Shown: piece by piece, positions 54,895-62,966 of the stretch
Numbering within the stretch: the stretch's first letter is position 1
How the letters are laid out: each line of letters starts with the position of its first letter
Source: Bacteroidales bacterium
GTDB lineage: Bacteria; Bacteroidota; Bacteroidia; Bacteroidales; JAGONC01
Length of the DNA: 64,000 bases
Reading direction: 5' to 3'
Assembly: GCA_035342335.1 (NCBI GenBank)
Contig: DAOQWY010000007.1
Coordinates: forward strand, 38,162-102,161
The notes under the pieces: model-generated
Databases searched by the model: none
What the model saw: only the letters and a program-made list of their open reading frames with translations
Told to the model about the DNA's origin: nothing
Program-made: the position numbers and the translations under genes

Positions 54895-55896
54895 ATGCAC
54901 GAAGCCCTTTATTATGAAAAACAGGAGGATGGTGTTGTGTGCACCCTCTGTCCGCATTTCTGCCGGATCAGGCCGGGAAAGGAAGGTATTTGCCGTAGCC
55001 GTTACCATCAGGACAATATCCTGGTGACAGCCAATTACGGGAAAGTTTCGGCCCTGCATTTTGATCCCATCGAAAAAAAACCGCTGTATCATTTTCATCC
55101 CGGCAGGGTCATCTTCAGCATCGGAAGCACAGGATGCAACCTGCAGTGTTCGTTTTGCCAGAATGCGGAGATCTCTCAGACCTCCCCTTCGGATTTCTTC
55201 CATTTACACGAATATACCCCGCAACAGTTGATCGACCTGGCCCTTCAGAAAAGCGGCAATGTGGGCATTGCCTTCACGTATAACGAACCGGCGGTGTGGT
55301 ACGAGTATATGCTTGACATTGCCGTGCTGTCGGCGGAAGCCGGGTTGAAGAATGTGATGGTGACCAACGGATACATCAATCCTGCGCCACTGGATCAGCT
55401 CCTGCCTTTGATGAATGCGTTCAGTGTGGACCTGAAAGCTTTCACGGAAGAGTTTTACCACAAGGTCACCAAAGCAAAGCTTGAGCCCGTGAAAGATACC
55501 CTCCAGCGTATCCGGCAGGCCGGTAAGCACCTGGAGATCACCAACCTGGTCATTCCTACCCAAAATGACGACGAATCGGTTTTTGATGCCATGTGCCGGT
55601 GGATCGCTGATGAACTTGGGCCTGATACGGTTTTGCATCTGAGCCGTTATTTCCCTGCGTATAAAATGACCATTCCCGGCACACCTGCCCAAACATTGAT
55701 CCATCTGCGTCAACTAGCCCGGAAATACCTGGATTATGTTTTCATCGGAAACATATCCTTGCCCGAAGGAAACGACACGGTGTGCAACAGGTGCGGCCAG
55801 ACAGTCATCACCAGAACGGGATACCTGATCTCGGCCCCGGGGCTGGATGCATCCGGAAAATGCGTGAAATGCGGCAATCCCATCGCTGTCGTATGA
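54895..55896 (+). CDS. AmmeMemoRadiSam-system-type radical SAM enzyme
   Basis: N-terminal VCTLCPHFCRIRPGKEGICRSR (auxiliary Cys cluster) followed by IEKKPLYHFHPG and the radical SAM motif GCNLQCSFCQN. 333 aa. C-terminal CNRCG...CVKCG. Confidence 0.75.
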   Translation: MHEALYYEKQEDGVVCTLCPHFCRIRPGKEGICRSRYHQDNILVTANYGKVSALHFDPIEKKPLYHFHPGRVIFSIGSTGCNLQCSFCQNAEISQTSPSDFFHLHEYTPQQLIDLALQKSGNVGIAFTYNEPAVWYEYMLDIAVLSAEAGLKNVMVTNGYINPAPLDQLLPLMNAFSVDLKAFTEEFYHKVTKAKLEPVKDTLQRIRQAGKHLEITNLVIPTQNDDESVFDAMCRWIADELGPDTVLHLSRYFPAYKMTIPGTPAQTLIHLRQLARKYLDYVFIGNISLPEGNDTVCNRCGQTVITRTGYLISAPGLDASGKCVKCGNPIAVV

Positions 55897-55922
55897 TTTC
55901 ATTCAACCTTGGACCACTGCAA

Positions 55923-57176
55923 ATGGCGAAGCACAGGAAAAATTCTTTCATCATCTCCATTGCCCTTCTGCTGGTACAGTGTGCACCATTGAATAAAATG
56001 AGCTATTCCAACCTTGCTTACCTGTATGATCCGGACCAGAATGACTTCCGGATTGAATGCCTCCCCTGGCACTCCACCAGGGATAGGACGGATCTCTATT
56101 TTAGTTTTTCGCTTTCCGACCTGCTGTACGAAAAAAAGTCCGAGACTGATGATTACCTGGCCAACTTCAACATCCATTATGAATTGTTCGACTTATATAA
56201 TGACAGGATGCTGATTGACAGCGGAACGGTCACCTATCCTGATTTTCCGCAGGATGTGTCCGGAAAGCCTTTCATCTCTTCTTTTCCCCTGAAGACAAGG
56301 TACCCGGGTGAATTCGTTCTGAACCTTACCCTGACGGACCTGAACAGGAAGCAGGCCTACACTGCCTATTGTGAAATTAAAAAAACATCCGTTTGCAGCC
56401 GTCAGAATTTCATGTTATCCGATGAAGCAGGTTCGATTTTGTTTGAATCCTCCATCGGATCCGGTCAGGAAGTCGTACTAAAGTACAACGAGCCTGAACT
56501 GCCCGGGCTCTGGGTCAATTACTATCACAGTGATTTTCCGGTTGCCGGTCCGCCTTTCCTGGAACAAAAGCCTGTTCCTCTTGCGTTTGAACCCGACAGT
56601 CTGTTCCGCGTCAGGCTCTTCAATGGCGAAACTGATCTGTTGACCTTCGCCAGGGAAGGAATCTATTTCTTCCAGGCTGATACGGCTGTCAGTGAAGGAT
56701 TCACGCTCCTGCGCCTTCACGAAGGGTATCCCGGGATCACCCATCCTGTGCAAATGACCTATCCGGTGAGGTATCTCACAACGCAGAGGGAGTATGAGAA
56801 GATCGAAACGAATCCCGATAAAAGGAAGGCGGTGGAGGAATTCTGGCTTCAGAATGCCGGCAATCCCGGCAGGGCGGCTCAGATGATCAAAAGATACTAT
56901 ACGCGCGTGGAACAGGCCAACCAGCTCTTCACTTCGTTTCAGGAAGGATGGAAGACCGACAGGGGGATGATCTACATCATCTATGGCAATCCGACAATCG
57001 TGTACCGCCAGCAGGATGCCGAACAGTGGATCTATGGAAATGAGGGAAACATCTTATCCCTGACCTTTAATTTTACCAGAGTGATCAATCCTTTTACGGA
57101 TAATGACTTTGAACTGGAACGGTCGGGCAGTTACAAAGAATCCTGGTATATGGCTGTGGAAAGCTGGCGCAGGTAA
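55923..57176 (+). CDS. GWxTD domain-containing lipoprotein
   Basis: MAKHRKNSFIISIALLLVQC gives a signal peptide plus lipobox. The C-terminal region contains GWKTDRGMIYIIYGNP (GWxTD motif). An alternative ATG at 55893 would overlap the radical SAM stop (ATGA). Confidence 0.75.
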   Translation: MAKHRKNSFIISIALLLVQCAPLNKMSYSNLAYLYDPDQNDFRIECLPWHSTRDRTDLYFSFSLSDLLYEKKSETDDYLANFNIHYELFDLYNDRMLIDSGTVTYPDFPQDVSGKPFISSFPLKTRYPGEFVLNLTLTDLNRKQAYTAYCEIKKTSVCSRQNFMLSDEAGSILFESSIGSGQEVVLKYNEPELPGLWVNYYHSDFPVAGPPFLEQKPVPLAFEPDSLFRVRLFNGETDLLTFAREGIYFFQADTAVSEGFTLLRLHEGYPGITHPVQMTYPVRYLTTQREYEKIETNPDKRKAVEEFWLQNAGNPGRAAQMIKRYYTRVEQANQLFTSFQEGWKTDRGMIYIIYGNPTIVYRQQDAEQWIYGNEGNILSLTFNFTRVINPFTDNDFELERSGSYKESWYMAVESWRR

Positions 57177-57185
57177 AGGATTCGC

Positions 57186-59267
57186 TCAGTGATACAGCAT
57201 CGTTCCCGGTATTTCCTGCCTGCTCAGACGAGGTCCCTCGATATGGGCTTTCAGCTCATCCGTCCCTGTTTTTTCAAAGAACCGTATCTCAATGAGATGG
57301 TATCCCGCCGACAGTGCACACTGACCTTTTTTTTCCAGCATCCCGTGAAGTCCATCGTTATCCGCCACCAGCTGTCCGTTGATGAGCAGCTGGCTTCCGT
57401 CGTCGGAGGAGACCGACAGGGCATACACACCTGTTGAAGGGATCCGGAGATAGCCCCTGAACAGCAGGCCATAGTGTTCCTGCTGGTTTCCTTCCACATC
57501 GTGGATGGCAGGCACGACATCGGTTCTGACAGGTTGGAGCTTTCCAAAATCCGGAAGGATGTCCCAGTCGCCTTCAAACAGGTGGCAAACGATGCCTGGC
57601 TCCGCGGCGGAGATTTCAATGGATTTCGCCGGCTCCACCTTGCTGAAGATACGCGTTGCCACGCTGCTTACGGGTTCATTGTTCCTGAAGCACCGTGCGC
57701 TGACGCAGGTGGTTTCGGTGAGGATCACCGGATGTGTTGCAAGGGGAGAAGCTGCGGTGGGAACCGATCCGTCGAGTGTATAGCGGATCTCCACCCTGTC
57801 GCGCCCGGATTTCAGCTCCGTTTTCAGGGAGTCGGTGAACAGGTTGCTGATCCCGGTAATTTCAGGAGGGATGTCCACATCGGGTTTTCCATTAACGTCG
57901 AGCACGATCACCGTATTGACCGTATCCGGGCACTGAACGGGCACCTCAATGATCAGTGCAGCACCGGATCTCTGGAGGTTTAATTTGTTTTTCTTTTGAT
58001 CGGACAAAAGGAACGCACGTTCCGGCTCGCTGTACAAGCCGGGCACCTGGAGTTTTCCATCTGCAGGCCAGTCAAAAACATGCAGGTACAACCTGGTTCC
58101 CCGTTCGGTTGCTTTGGCAGTGCACCGCCCCCAGGGCAGGAATGGGAAGGGGCTGGCGGCTGTGCCATAGATGGCTTCGCTGTTGACTGCCATCCACTGA
58201 CCGATGTCCTTGAGGCGGTCGATGCTTTCCTGCGGGAATGCACCCTGTGCGGTAGGGCCAACGTTCAGCAGGAAATTGCCTCCCTTGGACGCAATGTCTG
58301 CCAGCATCCTGATCAGGCTGGCAGAGGATTTCCAGTTCTGATCGGTCCGGTTGTATCCCCAGTGATCATTCATGGTCATGCAGGTTTCCCAGTCGACCCC
58401 CGGAAGACCCGTTGCAGGCACTTCCTGTTCCGGTGTGCCGTAATCACCTGCAAATTCGCCATCTTTGCTGAATCCTTCCATGCTTCCATCCCGGCCGACA
58501 TCCACCCGGTTATTGATGATGATGTCGGGCTGCAATCCCCTGACGTAGTCATAGAGGTCCTTTCCGCGCTGGTGATTCCAGGTGCTTTCCCATTCACCGT
58601 CGAACCAGAGAATGCCCAGGGGCCCGTAGCGGCTGGTGAGCTCCTTCAGCTGGTTCTTCAGGTGCCCGACATACCGTTCAAAATCAGCTCCTTCGGCCGA
58701 ACGGCCTGTTTCCCATTCCCTTCTGGGCAGGTAATCCGGGTGGTGCCAGTCCATGATCGAGTGATAAAAACACAACCGGATGCCTTCCTGGTCACAGGCG
58801 TTTTTCAATTCAGCAAGAATGTCTTTTTTAAACGGGGTGGACATCACATCGAAATCTGTATACTCTGAGTCCCACAGGCAAAATCCATCGTGATGCTTCG
58901 AGGTAATGACGATGTAGTTGACACCCGCTTCCCTGGCTGTCCTGACCCATTCCCGTGCATCGAAATCCGCCGGGTTGAACTGATCTGCGAATTCATCGTA
59001 CACTTCCAGCGGGATCTGTGCCGAGTGACGGATCCACTCCCCGTAATGTGCCGTCCCGTTCCACTCCCCGGCGGGTATGGCATACAATCCCCAGTGGATG
59101 AACAACCCAAAGCGTGCCTGCCTCCACCAGTCCATCCGGTCATCAGGACTGGTCAGGGGAGTCGGGTTTGAATGACGGCAGGATGACAGCCCGAGGAGCA
59201 CACCGGACAGAAAAAGCCCCGAGAATACAATTGACAATGCTTTTTTCATGCGCATATTTTTTGACAA
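57186..59267 (-). CDS. alpha-L-fucosidase (GH29) lipoprotein with C-terminal accessory domains including PA14
   Basis: Lipoprotein signal ...LLGLSSC. GH29 motifs RFGLFIHWGLYAIPAGEW and TSKHHDGFCLWDS. VEIRYTLDGSVPTAASP is a chitobiase/Hex C-terminal-like domain. The last ~130 aa (GLLFRGYLRIPSTGVYALSVSSDDGSQLLINGQLVADNDGLHG...GYHLIEIRFFE) are PA14-like. Confidence 0.85.
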   Translation of the reverse strand: MSKNMRMKKALSIVFSGLFLSGVLLGLSSCRHSNPTPLTSPDDRMDWWRQARFGLFIHWGLYAIPAGEWNGTAHYGEWIRHSAQIPLEVYDEFADQFNPADFDAREWVRTAREAGVNYIVITSKHHDGFCLWDSEYTDFDVMSTPFKKDILAELKNACDQEGIRLCFYHSIMDWHHPDYLPRREWETGRSAEGADFERYVGHLKNQLKELTSRYGPLGILWFDGEWESTWNHQRGKDLYDYVRGLQPDIIINNRVDVGRDGSMEGFSKDGEFAGDYGTPEQEVPATGLPGVDWETCMTMNDHWGYNRTDQNWKSSASLIRMLADIASKGGNFLLNVGPTAQGAFPQESIDRLKDIGQWMAVNSEAIYGTAASPFPFLPWGRCTAKATERGTRLYLHVFDWPADGKLQVPGLYSEPERAFLLSDQKKNKLNLQRSGAALIIEVPVQCPDTVNTVIVLDVNGKPDVDIPPEITGISNLFTDSLKTELKSGRDRVEIRYTLDGSVPTAASPLATHPVILTETTCVSARCFRNNEPVSSVATRIFSKVEPAKSIEISAAEPGIVCHLFEGDWDILPDFGKLQPVRTDVVPAIHDVEGNQQEHYGLLFRGYLRIPSTGVYALSVSSDDGSQLLINGQLVADNDGLHGMLEKKGQCALSAGYHLIEIRFFEKTGTDELKAHIEGPRLSRQEIPGTMLYH

Positions 59268-59362
59268 GGCAATTTAACGAAAAAGAGGATTGGCACTTTC
59301 GAAGGGTTATAATTTTGGAATGAAGTCAGGTCATCAACGATGCATCTGTCGAGGAATATTGC

Positions 59363-59382
59363 TACATTTGAAATCCGATTTC
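59363..59382 (+). promoter_or_regulatory. candidate -7 box TACATTTG followed immediately by the palindrome GAAATC-C-GATTTC, upstream of rlmB
   Basis: TAnnTTTG match identical to the rnf box, 55 nt upstream of the TTG at 59425. The 13-nt palindrome at 59370-59382 was read directly. A second box, TAATTTTG, lies at 59310-59317. Confidence 0.3.
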
Positions 59383-59424
59383 AAGGAAAAGACAGGCATT
59401 AACGGATCATTAATTATCAGCATT

Positions 59425-60174
59425 TTGGACAAAGATTCATTTATTTATGGGCTTCGGCCGGTACTGGAGGCCATTGATGCAGGAAAAGATGTTGAAAAGA
59501 TCCTGATCCAGAACGGCATCAGAGGGGAGCTGTCAGCAGAGCTTCTTAAAGTGGCTTCCAATCACCGGATTCCGGTGCAGTGGGTCCCTGCTGAGAAGCT
59601 GAACCGTTTCCCGGTGAAGAATCATCAGGGAGTTGTTGCGATTGCTTCCCCCATCACCTATTACCGGATCGAGGATATCATACCCGGATTGTTTGAGCAG
59701 GGCAGGAGCCCGGTCATTTTGATCCTCGACGGGCTGACCGATGTGAGGAACGTGGGTGCCATTGCCCGGACAGCCGAGTGCACCGGCGTTGATGCACTGA
59801 TCGTTCCGACCAGGGGCTTTGCCCAGATCAACGCGGATGCGGTGAAAACATCGGCTGGCGCACTTGCCAGGATCCCGGTTTGCCGCAGCCCCAACCTGCA
59901 CCGAACCTGCAACTATTTAAAAAACTCCGGATTGCAGCTTGTGGCCTGCACCGAAAAAGGAAAGGATGTTTATCACCGGATCGACTATCAGCCACCAACT
60001 GCCATCGTGATGGGTGCAGAAGATACGGGCGTTTCAAAAGATCTCCTGAAGCTGGCGGATCAGCTCGTATCTATTCCCCTGCTGGGAGAGATCCAGTCCC
60101 TGAATGTCTCGGTCGCCACCGGAGTGATCCTGTACGAGCTGGTCAGGCAGCGACAGGGATCAAGCGACGGATGA
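59425..60174 (+). CDS. rlmB: 23S rRNA (guanosine2251-2'-O)-methyltransferase RlmB (SpoU/TrmH family)
   Basis: IYGLRPVLEAIDAGKDVEKILI, DGLTDVRNVGAIARTAECTG and SLNVSVATGVILYE. The track ORF starts at TTG 59290. I prefer the in-frame TTG at 59425 (MDKDSFIYG...), which gives a typical 249 aa and lies downstream of the TAnnTTTG boxes at 59310 and 59363. The 5' end is uncertain. Confidence 0.75.
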   Translation: MDKDSFIYGLRPVLEAIDAGKDVEKILIQNGIRGELSAELLKVASNHRIPVQWVPAEKLNRFPVKNHQGVVAIASPITYYRIEDIIPGLFEQGRSPVILILDGLTDVRNVGAIARTAECTGVDALIVPTRGFAQINADAVKTSAGALARIPVCRSPNLHRTCNYLKNSGLQLVACTEKGKDVYHRIDYQPPTAIVMGAEDTGVSKDLLKLADQLVSIPLLGEIQSLNVSVATGVILYELVRQRQGSSDG

Positions 60175-62966
60175 AAAAGACACTGATCAAATATTGCTGT
60201 GAGATCGTCCTGCTGATCTATGTGATCCTGTTTGCTGCTTTCAAACACCCGCAGCAGGAATGGGACCGGCTGATCAACAGCGACGGGAAAGCCTATTATG
60301 CTTACCTTACAGCGATCTTCATCTATCACGACCTCCAGTACAACTACGTAGAATCCTATGAGTCCAGCTATTATCCCGATGACCGTTCTGCCTTTAAGGA
60401 ATTCAGGGTAAGGCTGAATGACCGTGTGGTCAACAAGGCTTTTCCCGGACTGGCTGTTCTCTGGCTGCCGTTTTTCCTGATGGCGCATCTTCTCACCCTG
60501 ATCGCCGGCCTGCCGGCCGATGGGTATTCGATCATATATCAGTATGGCATCGGCTTGTCCGCATTCTTTTTCCTCTGGTTGGGCTGCAGGTTTCTGAAAA
60601 AATTACTGTCTGCCCGCGGAATGTCCGGTGAACTGGCCGCCCTCGTCACTGTCGTGACGGCCCTGGGCACCAACCTCATCTATTACACGGTCAATGAAGG
60701 CACCATGACCCACACCTACACCTTTGCGCTGATCGCTGCCTGGTCGTATTATGCCACGCTGACCTTCCGCTACGAACAGCAAAGATGGCTGCCTGCTGTT
60801 GCAGTTCTCACCGGGTTGATCATCATCATCAGACCCCTCAACGGCCTGGTGCTGCTTACCATTCCGTTCTGGGCCGGAAGCCCTGACAGGATCGGTTCCT
60901 TTATTCGCCAGCTGGCCAAAAAACCCAGCCGTGGAGTACTATCACTCTTCCTTTTCTTGCTGGTGATCGCCATCCCCTTCCTTCTCTGGTACACGCAGAC
61001 CGGCAAACCCCTGGTCTATTCCTACGGCACGGAATCCTTCGATTTTTCCCATCCCCGGGCCTACAAGCTCCTGTGCAGCTATGAGAAGGGATGGTTTCTC
61101 TATACCCCTGTGGCGCTGATCAGTTTTTTGGGATTGCTGCCTCTCTTCAGGCAGGACAAGACCGGAACGTTGTCATTACTGTTTTTCTGGGTGGCCTTCA
61201 TCTACCTGTCGTCCTGCTGGTGGGTATGGGATTACACTTCCCGCTTCAGCCAGAGGATCTTTATCGATTATTTGCCTGTCAATGCAGTGATGCTGGCAGC
61301 TTTTCTGTCGGCATTCCCTAAAGGAAGGGCGGTGCACTGGATCCTTGCAGGCATTTTGTGCCTGGCCATCGGCTTGAACATTCTGCAGTATTACCAGTCA
61401 TTAAAATGGGTCTATCCGCGGGGACCTGTGACGAAAGAGACCTACTGGGAGTATTTTTTCCGTATACGGCCGCTTGCCTCCGTCGAATATCCTTTTGAGG
61501 AAACCATCGTTCACAGGAGCATGTTTTGCCACGGCATGGAGGAGGATATCGGCTGGATCCATCCCGAATCATACTCCCGGCAGGCTGCACACACCGGAGC
61601 TTTTTCCTCGGCATCCGGCGGGACGGACACGATCGTCGCCGGGATCGACAAGCTTGTCGCCCCCCTTTTGCAGGGCAGCCGTGCGGATGTCATCATCGAT
61701 GCCTGGGTTCACGCCAGGGCCCGCAAACCCGGGCTGATGCTGGTCGTGGATTTCTTACACAACGGAGTCAGCTATTATTACCAGCCCTTTGAACTGGACC
61801 CCTATCTGGTAAGAAATATCTGGAAACATGTTCAGTTCAGGGCGGCTGTACCGCGGTTACAAAGCGACCTGGACCACGTCAGGGTGTATTTCCTGAACAG
61901 GTCACCGGAGGCGACTGCTTACATTGACGATGTTTGCATTGAATTTCTTTCCCTGCTGACAGGTCCTGATCCGGTGCCGGCCATCGTCAACATTTCCGAA
62001 GATAAGATCACCGAATCCAGCAGGGTGTTCCTGGATATGGAAACAGACCCTATGGAGACGGAATCCCTGTTCCTGACGGAGGATCTGGCCATGAAAGGCC
62101 GGCGGTCGTCGCGGGTGGATAAAACGCATCCGTACTGTGTGGGTTTCCGTGGGCAGACCGGCCAGAACCTGCCGGCTTTTGATCCGAAAATTGAAGTCAG
62201 CGCTTACATCCACACCGATGCGGAGCCGTCACGGGCTTTCCTGGTGACTGACTTCCAGCGGCGGGGAACGTCCTATTACTATCTACCTGTCAGATTGGGA
62301 CCCTGCCTCCGGAAACACAACTGGACCCTCTGTGAATTTCTGGTCACTCCGCCTGATTTAATGAATGAAGAGGACAATCTCGTGATCTATTTCTGGAATC
62401 CTGACACTGCTGAAGTCGTGCACGTAGATGATTTGACTATCCGTTTCCTTTCATTGAAGCAGCCCGGTGGAAATCCTGCCGGGTGGATGGGCAGGCAGAG
62501 CGTTGCATCCGATACAGTGCTTCTGCATACGATGGAATACCGGATAGGATGGAACAACGAAGGTACGCTGACCGGTGAGAAAGCATTGTACGGAAAACAA
62601 TCCTGCAGGATATCGGCTGCAAATCCGTACAGCGTATCCATTCAGGGAGCACTGGATGAATTTCTGGAAGGAACGGGATGGATACGGATCAGTGCCTATG
62701 TACTCTCCAGTTTGAAGAAATCATCGGTAGCCCTGGTTGTGGACTTCAGGAGGGATGGGAAAAGTTACCGGTACGTACCGTATTACATGAATGAGCGGAC
62801 CCGTTTCAATGAATGGGAACACATCACCTTCACGACTTTTGTGCCGGATGAACGGCTCCCGGGGGATGAGGTTTTGATCTATTTCTGGAGCGCCTCCAGA
62901 GAGGAGGTTTTTTACATTGACAACATGCAGGTTGAATTTATGACCATAAACGATCAGCGTCCATGA
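60171..62966 (+). CDS. 12-TM membrane protein (GT-C-fold-like, inferred) with three tandem ~140-aa C-terminal beta-sandwich/CBM-like repeats
   Basis: Start set to the ATG at 60171 (MKKTLIKYCCEIVLLIYVILFAAF), which overlaps the rlmB stop (ATGA); the track ORF from 59880 is an artefactual extension. About 12 hydrophobic helices up to ~61400. Then three repeats sharing (L/A)(M/F/L)LV(V/T)DF...G.SY.Y.P and V.(V/I)YF(L/W)...........(I/V)D(D/N)(V/L/M).(I/V).F(L/M)(S/T)(L/I). Confidence 0.6.
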   Translation: MKKTLIKYCCEIVLLIYVILFAAFKHPQQEWDRLINSDGKAYYAYLTAIFIYHDLQYNYVESYESSYYPDDRSAFKEFRVRLNDRVVNKAFPGLAVLWLPFFLMAHLLTLIAGLPADGYSIIYQYGIGLSAFFFLWLGCRFLKKLLSARGMSGELAALVTVVTALGTNLIYYTVNEGTMTHTYTFALIAAWSYYATLTFRYEQQRWLPAVAVLTGLIIIIRPLNGLVLLTIPFWAGSPDRIGSFIRQLAKKPSRGVLSLFLFLLVIAIPFLLWYTQTGKPLVYSYGTESFDFSHPRAYKLLCSYEKGWFLYTPVALISFLGLLPLFRQDKTGTLSLLFFWVAFIYLSSCWWVWDYTSRFSQRIFIDYLPVNAVMLAAFLSAFPKGRAVHWILAGILCLAIGLNILQYYQSLKWVYPRGPVTKETYWEYFFRIRPLASVEYPFEETIVHRSMFCHGMEEDIGWIHPESYSRQAAHTGAFSSASGGTDTIVAGIDKLVAPLLQGSRADVIIDAWVHARARKPGLMLVVDFLHNGVSYYYQPFELDPYLVRNIWKHVQFRAAVPRLQSDLDHVRVYFLNRSPEATAYIDDVCIEFLSLLTGPDPVPAIVNISEDKITESSRVFLDMETDPMETESLFLTEDLAMKGRRSSRVDKTHPYCVGFRGQTGQNLPAFDPKIEVSAYIHTDAEPSRAFLVTDFQRRGTSYYYLPVRLGPCLRKHNWTLCEFLVTPPDLMNEEDNLVIYFWNPDTAEVVHVDDLTIRFLSLKQPGGNPAGWMGRQSVASDTVLLHTMEYRIGWNNEGTLTGEKALYGKQSCRISAANPYSVSIQGALDEFLEGTGWIRISAYVLSSLKKSSVALVVDFRRDGKSYRYVPYYMNERTRFNEWEHITFTTFVPDERLPGDEVLIYFWSASREEVFYIDNMQVEFMTINDQRP

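Noticed and set aside
59880-60170. N-terminal 97 codons of the 1028-aa track ORF, overlapping the 3' third of rlmB. Analogous 5' extensions occur at 55782-55922, 41679-41867, 4420-4536, 2136-2288, 29073-29120 and 13421-13471.
   Set aside because: In each case an internal ATG gives a canonical N-terminus (signal peptide, lipobox or the conserved family start). That ATG either abuts the upstream stop or is preceded by a TAnnTTTG box lying inside the putative extension.
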